From: the human T2T-CHM13v2.0 reference genome, Homo sapiens
NCBI RefSeq assembly: GCF_009914755.1
Contig: NC_060928.1
DNA length: 64,000 bases
Strand: one strand, 5' to 3'
Part shown: positions 41,743 through 56,253 of the stretch, piece by piece
Layout: the number at the start of each line of letters is the position of its first letter
Position numbering within the stretch: the stretch's first letter is position 1
Position numbers and translations under genes: made by a program
Notes under the pieces: model-generated
What the model saw: only the letters and a program-made list of their open reading frames with translations
What the model was told of the DNA's origin: nothing
The model's database searches: none

Positions 41743-42064
41743 GGCCAGAGGAGGTGGCTCACGCCTGAAATTCCAGCACTTTGGAGGCCAAAACAAAGCA
41801 GGCAGATCACCTGACCTCAGGAGCTCAAGACCAGCCTGGCCAACATGGTGAAACCCAGTCTCTACTAAAAATACAAAAAATTAGCCAGATGTGGTGGCGC
41901 ATTCCTGTAGTCCCAGCTACAGGAGGCTGAGGCATGAGGATTGCTTGGGCCAGGAATCGCTTGAGCCCAGGAGGCAGAGGTTGCAGTGAACTGAGATCAT
42001 GCCACTGCACTCCAGCCTGGCAGCCTGGGCAGTAGAGTGAGACCATGTCTCAAAAAAAAAAAAA
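41743..42064 (+). mobile_element. AluS with small internal duplications
   Basis: Full dimer; duplicated ggattgcttgggcc/ggaatcgcttgagccc and cagcctgg/cagcctggg; no clear TSD. Confidence 0.9.
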
Positions 42065-42618
42065 GAAGTCATTGGGAGACAAGGAAACTCAAATGACCAA
42101 TAAATGTATTGAAAAAATGGTTATTCTCATAAATCATCAGGGAAATGTAAAATGATGGCATAATCATTTCATAGAGAAGACTTCACCTTTATCTGTAAAG
42201 CTGCATTTTATCTGACAGTTTGGTACCTTTACAGTGCACCCAAGCACACAGCTTATGGTCTCCAAAAAGGAACTAGGGCTGGCTGGAGAAAAGGCTGAAT
42301 CCAATCATAGGGCTAGAAGGTATAAGGTGAGCCTGGAACATCTTGCTGAGCCAGGAAGCAAGGAATCTTTCCAAGATTAACAAAATCTTGCTGGAAAGAC
42401 ACAGGAATCACCCCACTGGCCAGCTAAGACCATTTAAACTTCAAAAGGAAAATACTGGCTGAGGTCACTTGATACACAATAAATAAGAAGAGCCTTGGTC
42501 CATCAAGTGACTCACAAAAAAAGTGACCATAAAGTACTGTATTCTAAAAAAAAAAGGTGTATAGAATTAAGTACCTTCTGTTCTGTGGTCTTGTTAGGAA
42601 AAAAAAAAAAAAAGGGAA

Positions 42619-42674
42619 GCCACTGCACTCCAGCCTGGGCAACACAGCGAGACTCCATTTAAAAAAAAAAAAAA
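42619..42674 (+). mobile_element. Severely 5'-truncated Alu (3' end plus A-tail)
   Basis: gccactgcactccagcctgggcaacacagcgagactccattt followed by poly-A. Confidence 0.85.
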
Positions 42675-44263
42675 GAAAGGAAGAAACATTAAATAAAATA
42701 TTTTCCAAGAAAAGTCTCTTACCCATGACAGAGTACTCTTCATTTTACAAAGACTATTATTTCTTGAACTTTGAGATTTCTAGCATATCCCATTAGAACG
42801 TCAAAGGACCGATGAACAATGTACTTATCGTTAATGTAAGCTGGATATGCTCATTTTTTAACTAAGCATACAGCAGTGGCTCTCCAATGAGAAAGATAAA
42901 GCACCTGGCTGAGTGGAGTACAGTAAAATGCAGCCTACTATTTATTCCCAGAGTATGTTTGCCAATGTGTTCCACTGCAAAATCAATTCACAGGAAAAAA
43001 AATTGGATTCATGAAGAAATTTTTTTTTTTCCAAAACCTTTGATGGTGGCTACTACTTGTCTCTACTGGAATTCAATTCTAGATGGTATCTGTTAGGGAT
43101 TGAATGTCTGTGTCCTCTCAAAATTCCTATACTGAAGGCCTAACCCCAATGCTACCATACTTAGAAATAGGCATGTGAGGAGGTGCAAAGAATAGCAGTG
43201 TGCCTTCCAGATGCTCTGCCAATTGAAGAAATTTGAAAACCAATGAATTGAAAATACATTCCATTTAGAAAAAGCTACTGTCTTTCTGGATTCTAGAATC
43301 TGACATGTAAATTCATAGTCATTCATTCTCATTCTTCTTCTCTCTGCCTTTGTCTGCGTGTATTCACTCCATGCAGTCTGTAAGCAACAAATTCTGTTGT
43401 TCTTATGTAACAGTTCACTTCCTGAGCTGCTCTGCTCTGTAGTTCTCCCTTCTTGTCACTCCCTGGCATGTCTTGGTTTCTGGTCAGAGACCCAATCACA
43501 CACAGAAAGTGTACCAATATAATTTACTCCCATCAGGGATTTGGTAACAACTTAAAGAGTCTTTCATCAAGCCTAGAAGTTTTGTTTTGTTTTCCTTTCT
43601 CCTTACTTTCAGATGTGGCACTTCCTTGGGTATTTTGGATTTTTACTATATTAAAAGAAAGGATGGGGAATCTAACTTCTAGTCCAAATACTTATTTTTA
43701 ATCTCCCTTTTTTTAAAGTATACATAAATGATACAACTTAAAATTCTCTAAGACTCGAAAATGATAAATTATAATTTCCATTCTCATCATGCTTAACTAC
43801 GCAGTTGTATTGGGAAAGACAGCTAATGATATCATCAGAGCTAAGATACACAATAAAATTATTCTTAACAATATAAGACAGAGAGAGTCAAGTTTTGGCA
43901 AGGGATTAGAAAACATGTCTGAAGGGGAGAATGTTTACTTAATTACTATGGATTAGTATTCCTTGACCTTTTAGAACCCATTATTTCTGATAAGCCTAAG
44001 GATCTCATGTAATATTTGTTCTTTGATAGTTCAAAATAAATAAGTATTATTACTCAAAGCAAATCAAAGCCATGGTAACTTGGGAACATGGTTGCACAAA
44101 TTAAACACATTCCCCATCCTTAGAAATTGTGACATATACCACAACATCTTTGCCCCCCAGCTAATACCACCCCTGGCCTCAAATACTGCTATAAGTCACA
44201 AATTTAACAAACTACTGTATATAAGGCTGTATCACTTAGTGTGAAAAGCAACGAAGAACTTAC

Positions 44264-44377
44264 TTTATTAATTTTCAGTGCTGGTAATGTTTCCGCATCT
44301 GTTTTTGCCAAATGAAGTTTATTTTCTGGCACATATAGTTCTTTTACTTCATAAGATGCATCCACAGGTACAATATC
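44264..44377 (-). CDS. PAPSS1: PAPSS1 internal exon (exon 6, 114 nt): kinase/sulfurylase linker and start of ATP-sulfurylase domain
   Basis: Minus strand tatag|GAT ATT GTA...AAT AAA|gtaagt; translates [38 protein letters not shown], matching recalled human PAPSS1. Phase 0/0. Not in the ORF track. Confidence 0.96.
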
Positions 44378-45204
44378 CTATATAACAACAGGAGTACAAT
44401 TTAAATGTTTGATTCAAGAATTTAGAGTTCACCAAAGGGTATCTTAATGAAGAAAATCTCTCAAAATAAAACCAAAAAGTAGCATAAAAGAAGGCTGTGA
44501 GTGCTATGTTCCCCTCAACCAATACTCTCAAGCAGATAGTATCCCACATCCAAGAAGTAATTAAGCCCAATGTCCCATTATCTAGTGGGAAAGAATAAAT
44601 TCCTAAAATATACTACATATGTCAAAGTCAGGCAACTACAAATGAGAGGTGGCCTCAAATAAGAGGTAACAACAAAAAGAATTTGGAAACAAGCAAACAA
44701 AAACCACCTGAACCATCATCCTTATTATCTTTACCATATCACGAAACCATTTTATTCCAGCTTTTATATATACCTTTATCACCACTGTCAGGAAAGCCAC
44801 CTTTTACCCAAGCAACACGGTATTCTAGAATGTCAGCTTTACTTCCACCACTGTGGTTTGAAAATCAGAACTTTTTGATCCCACACGAAATGCAGCCTGG
44901 AATTTTTATCCAAGCTCCATATACTCATTTATAAAACACTGGGATGGTGTTTTTCCCCATTTATACTACAAGTACATATTTGTGATAACAACATAACCAT
45001 TTACATACTGCTCATTAGGAGCTCTTTACAAGGCTTGTTCACAACACTTGACATATCCCTAAGAATAATTACTAAATGTGTTTAATCACTTTAATTTGTT
45101 TTAAGCCAAATCTGTCAGGTAACCTCTACAACCATGCAAAACTGGCACTGATGGAGGGCTTTTCATACATGTGTCCAATACTTTGTTATTCAAAATAAAG
45201 TAAT

Positions 45205-45960
45205 TCTCAAAAGATTGAGAAGATAAGCCAGACTGGGAGAAAAATACACTCAAAAGTTATATCTTTAGATAAATGTTATCCAAAAATATACAAAATAAAC
45301 AATTAAAACTCACCAATAAGAAAATGAACCCAATTTTAAAAATGGGCAAAAGACCTGAATAGACATCTCATCAAAGAAGACACATAGATTATAAATAAGC
45401 ATATGAAAAGATGTTCAACATCATATGTCATTAGGAAATTGCAAATCAAAACAAGATAGCACAACATACCTATCAGGATAGCCAAAATCCGAAACACTGA
45501 CAACATCTAATGTTGCCAAAGATGTGGAGCAATAGGAACCCTCATTCATAGCTGGTGGGGATGCAAAATGGTACAGCTACTTTGGAAAACATTTTGCCAG
45601 TTTGTTACAAAACTAAACATACTCTTATCAGCAATTTCACTCCTTCATATTCACCCCAATGAGTTGAAAACGTACCTCCACTCAAAAACCTGCACAGGGT
45701 GTTTAAAGCAGCTCTATTCAGAATTGCCAAAAGTTGACAGCCACAATGTGTCTTTAGTAGGTGAATAAACAAACTGTAGAACATCTAGACAATGCTATAT
45801 TAGTCAACTCTAAGAAGAAATGAGCTCCATGAAAACATGGAAGAACCTTAAGTGAGAACTGCTAAGTGAAAATAGCCAATCTGAAAAGGGTACAGACTAT
45901 ATGATTCCAACTACATGATGCCAATTTTGCTGTGAATCTGAAACTTCTCTAAAAAAAAGT
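45205..45960 (+). mobile_element. L1MB/L1MC 3' fragment
   Basis: aaatgggcaaaagacctgaatagacat, gatgtggagcaataggaaccctcattc, aaaatggtacagctactttggaaaac. Confidence 0.75.
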
Positions 45961-47599
45961 CTGTTTTTTTAAAACAATACAAAACAACAAAAAATGTAAT
46001 TCAAGATGAAAGAACTGGATTTTTAAGGACACTCTCCACTATTTTTCCTGAGGAATAGATGACCTCTAGAAAGAAACTTCAATTTATATTTGGTCTTACA
46101 TGACATGTTCAGTAGAAAAAAAAGGCAGATATGTCAATCAAAGCCAGATGACTTCATGAAAGACCTAGGTGCTACCACTCAATCAATCAACAACTATGGG
46201 TTCTGAAAATCTAAGAACTATTCTCTTACATTTCTCCTACTTTCTCACACACCCTGTTTCCTCAAAGATGGAACAAGAGACAGTTCAGCAATGGCTAAAT
46301 ATGTGCCAAAATCAGGCTCCTCCTACTGGTAAATTCAAAGTCTCTGACCTTTCTAATAATTAAAAAAATAAATAAATAAACAAGAAGAATAAACATCAAG
46401 GAAAAGAAAACGTAATATTAAAAATCAAAAGACAGACAAGAAATAAACACCGCTAGCTACAACAGCAAATTCAGCCAGCTGCGCTGCTCTTGGGGTGTAG
46501 ACATGAACGGCACTTTCTGGAAGCCTCTTGTCCCTCTAGGGTCTCACTGTTCATAGGAGGAAAGCAGAAAAGTGTGTGAGGCACAAACCCGGCACAGCAT
46601 TAGACACTTTGTATACCTTCCAAATCTTCTGCAATTAAGCTTCCAGCAGGCACCCATAGCCAAAAGCTATCTATTGTGTTTACTGAGGGTAAATAATACA
46701 GGAGGGCATTAAAAAATAATGGTGAAGGAAGAAAGCTCCACCAGCTGCTTCTATGTTCTCTCTGTAGATGCACTAATGGGGCAGATTATTTCTAATGAAC
46801 CCACACTAAAGAGGGCATATCTTAAATTTTGCCAAGGAGTTCAAAGCAGTGACAACTAAATATACATAGTTTATACATAATACCAGGAGGGGAAACCACA
46901 TATAGAAAAAAAAAAAAGGACTCTTCCTTAAATCTAGCATGAGATATAGCTTATCTTCCAACTCCAGAATTATTTTAATATATGTATTTTAAATTATAAA
47001 ATAGCAGTAAAAAGAATCTGGGAGATTCTCTTTATGAGAAAACCAAATCACCCTGTATCCCAGATATGGTTATCACTGTCATTTTTCTGTCTTCCCTTTG
47101 ATCTGGTCTCCATCCATAGGTACATTACACGACAAATGATAGTTTAGCAGTCTGTGCAAAGCCTATTACTTCATCAAGTAGAAAATAAAAGTTCAGAGTC
47201 AATTTTTCCTGGAAGGACAATACGATGTGCATTAAGTGAACTACACATACATTTTGTATGTTCAATTAGCTTCTTCGATATGTAAAGCCTCCAAAGATGC
47301 CTTGAGGCATACAGATTCTTTGCAGCTACAAAGTAAAGAATTGAAATCTTCTATGCTAGGGGGAGAAAACACTAAACATAACAAGTTACACAAAAAGTCA
47401 GGCACTCATTAGGACTTCTGTGAGGAAGAGTATGATACACTTTCACGAGACACTTAAAATTAAATATTTACATAATCACAAAGCTTTAGGGGCATAACAT
47501 CTTCAAAACCAACGAGATATAAAAAGCAACAGGAGTCTATAGGTCAGTTATTTCCAATGTTCTTATCACTAAGAATATGAAGTAAAAAAAGAGGGCAAA

Positions 47600-48185
47600 G
47601 GCTTTTTATATTTAAGATCTGAGTTCCAATTCTAACAGTGCAATCTTGAGCATCTTACAACGTGTCTCCCCAGTTGTTTAAAAAAAAGTACAAAAAAGAT
47701 ACACACATATATGTTACAGGGCTGTTTTGACAAACTAGTGACTTAAAGTACCTGAAGAGTGGAGGATAATATTAGTGAGAACTGACTATAACACCACTCA
47801 TTGTTCTAAGAGCTTCATGTGAATTTTAGTCCATTAATCTTCACACAGTCCTACTAATGAAGGCAGAAGAAACTACTGCTATCCCTTCTTTACAGAGGAA
47901 ATCGAGGCCTAAGAGAGGTCAACAACTTGACCCAAATCCCTGCAATACTGTCTTTCAATGGACTTAACATAAAAAGAATACTCAATAATTAGAGTATGCT
48001 TGCTACATGCCAGGAACTGTTTAAGCACTCTGCATGTATCAACTCATAGAATCCTCTGCACAATCCTGAGGCAGGCACTTTAATTATTTCCCATTTCATA
48101 GATGAGCGAATTGAAGTCCAAGAAATTAGACTATATCTTCCAAGGTCATATAGTTGAGAAGTATTGAAAACTAAGGTATTAAGTA
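47600..48185. mobile_element. Cluster of MIR fragments in both orientations
   Basis: ttacagaggaaatcgaggcctaagagaggtcaacaacttgaccc; cccatttcatagatgag...tcttccaaggtcatatag. Confidence 0.6.
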
Positions 48186-51167
48186 TTTTGTCACACAAAT
48201 TTTTCTTATTTTCATGATTTTATTAAACATAATTCCCAAGTTTTTAGTCAGCATGTGATCTTCCAATGCGTTGGTAAGGTTCTAGAGAAAAATAAAAGAT
48301 ATTCAGCATTTCAGTTGAGCCTAAATAGTTCTATTAAAGACAAGTAAGCAATTTGCAACCAACTGTTCCAAACCCTGCCACTGTGAATAAATCATGAGCC
48401 TCCATTTCCAATGCTGAGGATCCCTTAGCAGGATATGCAGTCTGGGAACAAATGACAAAGGACTCCAGAGAAGAGAAGAATCTCATTCTCAACTTCAATG
48501 GTAAGAAAAACTCTATATAAAGCTTTCTTTGCCATCTCTGAAATGTATATTATTGTAAGGATGGGATATCTTTTTGTATGCTGTGATGGGGCTTGACTAC
48601 TCTCCCCCAGGTTTACTGCTGAAAATTGTCACAATCCTAGAGAAGCAGAAGAAAGCATGCAGCAGACACATCTTCTGATTTTTACTGGCTACAACAAGGC
48701 ATGTTTAGCTGGTTTCCTAATCCAGCATCCCTAGTTCAGCTCACAAAGACTGAAGACCAGGAGCAGTGTGCACAGTCCACTGCAATGCTCCAGGCACAGG
48801 GCTGGGACTGTTCTCTTCCCTCCACCCTGGAGACCCCACAACACTGAGGGCACACTCAGGTGCATCTCTGCTTCCTCTGAAGAGATGGTCCAAATAAGAA
48901 CTCTGCACTAACGAATGTTTCTATAGATGATGTCTACCATTTCCTTCCAACCATATCCCCAAGTTAAAAAAAAAAAACTGTACAAATAATTTGTGATCAA
49001 ATCTGTCTCCAAGGTAACTAGTTTGAACATGTAAAGGGCAATATCTATACTGTAAGCCCCATCAAATTACTGAAATATTTTGTGCACTAATAAAGTTATT
49101 CATAATTGAGCATAATTTTATCAATGTGCTACTTTACATGTATTAACAAAGGCTATAACCACTTTCTTTTCAAGAAGGGAAATTTTTTCATATTTTGTTT
49201 TTGAGTCAAAATAACTTTTTCATTAGAAGCATTTCATAAAACTCTTCCCTCTTCAAAATTCACACCCAACAATATTTTTAAATGGATTTTAGCCTCACAA
49301 CTTCAATACAAAATTCTTCTGATACCTAACCAATGCCAAAATAAACATTCGAAAGGTTGCTACTGTTTTTCTCTTCTAAAAAAGATACAGAGAGTGAATG
49401 TTTTGGGAATTAATGCAAAAATAGCATGAATCAAGAGGAACTGGGAGCATCTGCTCAGTCTGTGGAAATGAGTTATACACAGATTCTATGTGTAAAGACA
49501 AAAGGACTCAGTCTCTTACAGGAATATAAAAAGAATCTTAAACATGCAGATGCTGCCAGCTTCTAGCACATTCCAGTGACAAATCTCAGTTTCCAAAACC
49601 ACTACTAAACATCTGAAAGGAGCAAAACCACCTCAAAGTGACACAAGATATCTGGACAACAGAAAGTTGGTCCCTGCCACATGAGCTATCCACTTTATTT
49701 GGGATTCATTAGGATTTCCACAGACACAGCTATTAGAAACAACGTGCTCTTCTTCAATTTGTACATATAAAACCCTTTGCTTCATGAAATGTCCTTTAAA
49801 ACACAAAGAGATCACAAGCCAGGCCAGGAAAAAGTCTGCACACACCTGGACATCTCACCTCCAATCTGAAAGGCTCCAGTCACCCAGCACTGAAGGGTAA
49901 AGGGGGCTCAGGGAGGCCCTAGGAGTCCTCCTGAGCAGGGGATCAGTAAATGACCCACACTCTACTATTAATGAGAGGTGAATTCCGTAACCTGTAAGTC
50001 TAGAGATATTATACATTTATAAGTATTAATTTAATTTTAAAATGTAACACGGGGTACCCAGAACGTTGTTTGACTTTGACAGTCTAACATCTAACATATG
50101 TTGTATCCAAAAACAGACAACTGTTTTTGTTTTTACCTGGACACTGGCAGGCAGGGCAAACAACATGCGCTACATGAAAGTGGTAGCTCTCGCCTCTCAT
50201 TTTAATCTTCCTAAAGAACTCTGAACATGTTAATACAATGATTCCACATTTTAAGTTTTCCTTTAAATACTTTCTGTACTTTTTTCTTGAGCCAAATCTG
50301 CTCAACAGATTTGAACACAAGGGCACATTCATATTTTTATGTAACTATTAAATTTCTGTTATCTAAACTACATGCATCCAAAGCATGAACACCAAACGAC
50401 ATTCCGGCAACACTTTAAAACTGAGCTGCAAAGTCTGGCTTTTATGTGTAGCATAAAACCCATTTAGAGCACTAAACCACCATTTCTTAAAAAGACAAAC
50501 CTTTAAATAATTTATAGCACTAGTAAATCTAGAGTTCCTGGTAGATTTTAAAACAGTATTTAAAATATCACTTTAGATTAAAACCAGCAGCAAGAAGTCT
50601 ACTTCCTTATGTCATAACAAGCCAAGTTAAAATGCAATACTAGCAGGCCATCTAGTGACCAATTTAGGGTCTAGGAAAATAAAAAAATCCTGATTTGTTA
50701 GTGTTTTCTATTTTCTTAAATACATACCAAACAAAGAAAATGAAGATGCTGTGAGAAAACGCTAAGAAATGCAGTCTTTATATGAATGACCACTTTATCT
50801 ATCCTGATTATATTACATAGCCACAGTGAAAGAGAAGGCAACCCAGAAAATGACAGAGAATTCTTAACTTTATGTAAAGTACCCATGGTAACCAAAGGAC
50901 CCATCATCCTATATTACCCATTGTACAGCATACTAAAAACATTTTTCTTGGACAATGAAATAAATACTGTATCTTACTGAAGACCATTAAACAATTCCAG
51001 GTACAATTCACTTCAGAAGAGTCTCTCCAAAGGAATACAGAGGAACAGATAAAAGCAAACTCTACTTACCACTATTTTTCCATGAAGACAGTGCTTTTCA
51101 AACACCTTCATTCTCTGGGAAGTCCCAGACCATAGTACTTTCTTCTCTCTAATAAAAACTGGTATAC

Positions 51168-51935
51168 AATTGGAAATACATACAGTGTTTGGTCTTTGTC
51201 CTCAGTTCTTGGCACAGAGCTCCTAACACCCTTGAAATCCCCTAAGTGATCAATGTGCCTTTGGAGTGCTGAGGAGAGGACTCTTGGCTGAAGGGCTCCT
51301 AGACAGCTTCATGATGGGAACTGGGACCAGAAAGTCCAAGTCACCATCACAGGGTTGCAACTTTCAGCCTCACTCTACTCCCCTGACCTCTGGGGAGCAG
51401 AAAGGCATTAGAGAGATTGAGTTCAATCACCAATGGCCAATGATTTAATCAAATGTGCGACGTAAAGCCTACATAAAAACTTCTAAATGATGGGGTTCAG
51501 AGAGCTTCCCAGTTGGTGAGCACACGGAGGTACTGGGGGCTGGGGGTTGAAGTTCATAGAGAAAGCACGGAAGCTCTGCCACCCCTTCCCTGCACATCTC
51601 TTCCATCTGGCTGTTACTGAGTCTATAAGAAACTGGAAGTAGCAAATAAAGCACTTTACTGAGTTCTGTGAGTTGTCCTAGCCAATGATCAAACCTGGTG
51701 TGGGGACAGGGTAGGGAGGTGGGAAACCTTGGATTTATAATCAGCCAGGCAAGAAAGTGGGTAGCCTGGGCACCCCATTTGGGCTGGCGTCTAAAACAGG
51801 GCAGTGTATAGGAGTGAGCCCTTAACCTGTGAGGTCTGAACTAACTCCACATAGCTAGGGTCAAAATTAAATTGAATCACTGGATACCAGATGATATCAG
51901 AGATCAAACAAAAAACTGGTTATTGTGAGAAAAAA
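51168..51935 (+). mobile_element. MER21C-like LTR
   Basis: tggtctttgtcctcagttcttggcacagagctcctaa, gagttcaatcaccaatggccaatgatttaatcaa, ggggttcagagagcttcc. Confidence 0.8.
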
Positions 51936-52439
51936 AGTCTTCAAAAGTATTACAAAACTAAGCTTGAAGAGGGGATAAAATTTACTTAGTTTATTTTAGA
52001 AATAAAGTTGTCATTATATATAGTATAACCTTTTACCACTCCAATTCAGGTTTTAGGACTTACATAAATCATAATTCATTAGGCAAAATGTGCCTCTTTC
52101 CAAGGTAAATTAGATAACCTACAAACACTATTCTTATTGCACTTACATAGAACAAGCATTTCACACTAGCTGGACACAGGTATGAGCAGTTTATTTCTTT
52201 AATAAACATTCTTTCCAACCCAGATAGTGTTGTCTTTGATCTGCTCAAGTATTTTAAAAGTATTCAAGAAATAATAAATCTTTCTAAGGTCAATGAAATG
52301 CCCATGCCTCTCCCATTTCTTAATCCCAACTACAGTTAGGGAACAACTGATCAAGGAATGTGAAAGAGAGTCAGAGAAAAGATTCATATTTCAGAAATAA
52401 ACTAGAAATGGAAAGAATCTAAATACTAGTAAAGGCAGA

Positions 52440-52680
52440 GTAGTAGAAACATTGAGTGTGTAGGCTGCAGAATCAATCAGAACTGTGTGCAAACCTCTCC
52501 CTAACTGAACTATCTGGGACAAATAACTTCACCTCTGGAATCTGTTTCCTTATCAGCAAAATGAAGATAATTATAAATACTTCTCAATTTCAATGTAAAT
52601 TAGATGCAATAATGCCACTGCAGTACCTAACACAGGGCCTAGCACACAGTAAGAGTTCAACTGGTAAGTTACTGTTGATG
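52440..52680 (+). mobile_element. MIR
   Basis: tctgtttccttatcagcaaaatgaagataat...gggcctagcacacagtaag. Confidence 0.65.
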
Positions 52681-52695
52681 GTCTCCATCTCTGCC

Positions 52696-53165
52696 TGTGA
52701 TGGTTAATACTGTGTGTCAACTTGATTGGATGGAAAGGATACAAAGCATTGATCCTGGGTGCATCTGTGAGGGCGTTGCCAAAGGAGATTAACATTTGAG
52801 TCAGTGGGCTAGGAAACCCAGACCCATTCTTAATCTGGGTAGGCACCATCTAATCAATTACAAGCATCACTAGAATATAAGCAGGCAGGAAAATGTGAAA
52901 AGAGAGACTGGCCTAGCCTCCCAGCCTACATCTTTCTCCGGTGTTGGATGCTTCCTGCCCTCGAACATCAGACTCCAAGTTCTTCAGTTTTGGAACTCAG
53001 ACTGGCTCTCCTGGATCCTCAGCCTGCAGATGGCCAACTGTGGGACCTTGTGATCATGCAAGTTAATACTTAATAAACTCATATATATATAAAATATATA
53101 TACACACACACATATATATGTACGTATATTCCATTAGTTCTGTCCCTCTAGAGAACCCTAATATA
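52696..53165 (+). mobile_element. MLT2A1 (HERV-L) solo LTR, complete
   Basis: tgtgatggttaatactg...gccaaaggagattaacatttgagtcagtggg...ttctgtccctctagagaacccta; perfect TSD CTGCC (52691-52695, 53166-53170). Confidence 0.9.
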
Positions 53166-54795
53166 CTGCCCATGGCATTCGCTTTCAGCACACACATTTA
53201 TATATTCTTTTACATAATGCTGGTTAATGTAGGACCCCTAACCTTCACCTCCCTACTCCAAACACATACTCTAAAGCTACATAAATTTGGTTATTATTCC
53301 TTGCTTTAAAGCAACATGGTACTTGATATATTCATCCCCTTCACCTCCCAATCTATATTTAGATTGTACTATGTGTCCTCCCATAGCCCACCTTTGGAAA
53401 ACCTAACAAATGTCTTTGTGATAACAACGAAGTTAAATGAACTGAATTTGCTACCCCTGGATAGAGGGAGTTTGATATGAAAAGTACACATTATAGCAAG
53501 TCACTTTGCAATGAAGTACAGTGGGCAAATGCACAACTGGCATTTCTAAGGATGAACTTTGAGCTGAATGTCAGGTATTCACTGGTTTCTCCATGTGCCC
53601 TAATGCCCACTGGGATTCAACTTAGTGAGAAAAACAACCAAAAGAAAATAAAAGACAGATATAGTTGTGTGTATATGTGTATTTCTTCCTCAATTGCATT
53701 TTTAAATTCTACATCATAGTATAAAAGAAGAGAAATAAATGAATCTATATATGCTCATTCTAGTCTATACACTATAAACAAAATAACAGTGGTGAAGACC
53801 AAAAATTAAGGTCCATGAGGCTGGAATGTTTATTGCTTAATTCACTGCCACATCCGCAGTGTCCACAAAAGTGCCTACCACATATAGCATTAACTATCTG
53901 TTAAATTAACTAAAAAGATCAACTAAGTACAACAGAGAAATATGCGTGCTTTCATTGGGAAGTGAAGTCATTTATTCAGAAAAGCATGTAACAAATATTG
54001 AAAAGGAGGGTGATACCAAAAGAAAGCTATCAAATTAAGGAGGCATTTGCATTTCTTCTTTTGTCACCACCCACCTTTAAGATAAAAATTAACAGTTTTT
54101 CAAAAGAAAATTTCTCTCTCCTAAATGAACATAACCAGAATCCCTTTCTGGATGTAGATTTAATTACATCTCACTTAAGTGTAAGGAGAACACTCCTGAA
54201 AGTAAAAGCCAGAGGTATAAGAAAATTACTGAAATTCTAGATGCAGAATCCAACATGTCCATGAACAAGTTTCTTCATTTCTCTGAAATACTTCAAAGGT
54301 TTACTGTATGAATAAAATCAAACAACATATGAAAAGAGCTTAGCACAAGGACCACTTGGAAAACTACCACAGTAATTCAGGTGAGAGACAGTTGGAAGCT
54401 AAATTAGGAAAAAAGGTCACTTTCCTCCAATTGAAATAAACAGAACAAGTTATTTTAAAAGACAACATACTATAAATATGTCCCTTATAATAAGGACTCA
54501 GCAAATGTTAATTTCTTATCTATCCTTCTTTTTCAAGGATAATATCCTTGAATGAAACTGTCCAATCATCAGATTGTCTAGCAAGCATAATACAGATTAG
54601 TATCCATATACAAGGAAGAGCAATTAGCATAGTCATTAATTAGGTACAAATAAATTAGGAGGAAGGCATTAACTAAGACTACAGAGATAAGACAAGCAAT
54701 AGCACCAAAGAAAGAAAGAAAATACTACGGTGAACTTCATAAGGACAATAAATAAGAAAATATGCAGCATGGAACCAAACTATGAAGAACTGTGA

Positions 54796-55141
<346 letters not shown>

Positions 55142-55931
55142 ATATGCCAGGTATAAATCATCTCAATTCTATAAACAATGGAAAAATCAGTAAGTGTTTT
55201 AGAGCGAAAAAAAGGAAATGCTTAGACTACACTTTAGAAAGATTACTTTGTGAATATTATAGGACAGACTAAAGGGCACACAGAACTGGAGTTGTGGTAA
55301 CCAGTTAGGGGAATATGGGATAGTGTGATCCTAAAATCATACAGTGTCAATTTACCTTCAGTTTTTAACCATCAGGGAATAAAAGCAAGATGCAAAGTCC
55401 TGTGCATCATAAATACCACAGGAATCTGTATTTTCATTATACAGAATTATAGTTAAAAACCAACTGAACCCTGAATACAGTGCGGAATCCTGGACTGAAT
55501 CCTGGAACAGGAAAAACATTAGTGAAAAAATAAGTGAAGAGCTGCAAAATTTTCTCAAAATCAAGTTTTTTTTTTTCAAGAAAAACTTAAAATTATCTTC
55601 CTCCCTGAAGAAAAAAAAAGAGCCTACACGTAGGAAAAGTGTCAAACCCAAAGGACACTATTCTAAATAGGGCCCCAAAGAAGTGATTATGAATTTAAAG
55701 AGAGAAAGACGGGAAGAAGGTGGGAGAAACCTGTGGCACCCAAAGCAAATTAAGCTTAATAATCCCATATACATGTCTGAAGTATCTGGAATTTATAGTC
55801 AAAGATTAATAAGCCCCATAAAATTATATAAAATGGTATCTATTAAATATGTGCATTTTTCTGAGATCTTATAAAACACTTATGAATCACTAACAAGATA
55901 TAAAAAAATCAAAACAAATAATAAAACTGTA

Positions 55932-56253
55932 CAGTCATCCCTCAGTATCTGAGAGGAATTGGTTCCAGGACTCCTTGAGGACACCAAAATCCACAGACGC
56001 TCAAGTGATATAAAATGGCATAGCATTTGCATACAATCTACACACATCTTCCCATACACTTCATATCATCTCTGGATTACATATAATACCTAATACAATG
56101 TAAATGTTATATAAGTATATAATTGTATTCTTTTTAAAATTGTATTCTTTTTCATTGTTGTATTAATTTTCCTGAATATTCTCAATCCATGGTTGTTTGT
56201 ATCCACAAATATGGAACCCACAGATATAGAACTCCAGATACAGAGGGCCAACT
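55932..56253 (+). mobile_element. MER2 (Tigger) DNA element
   Basis: ta-cagtcatccctcagtatc...ggttccaggac...gatacagagggccaact. Confidence 0.8.
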
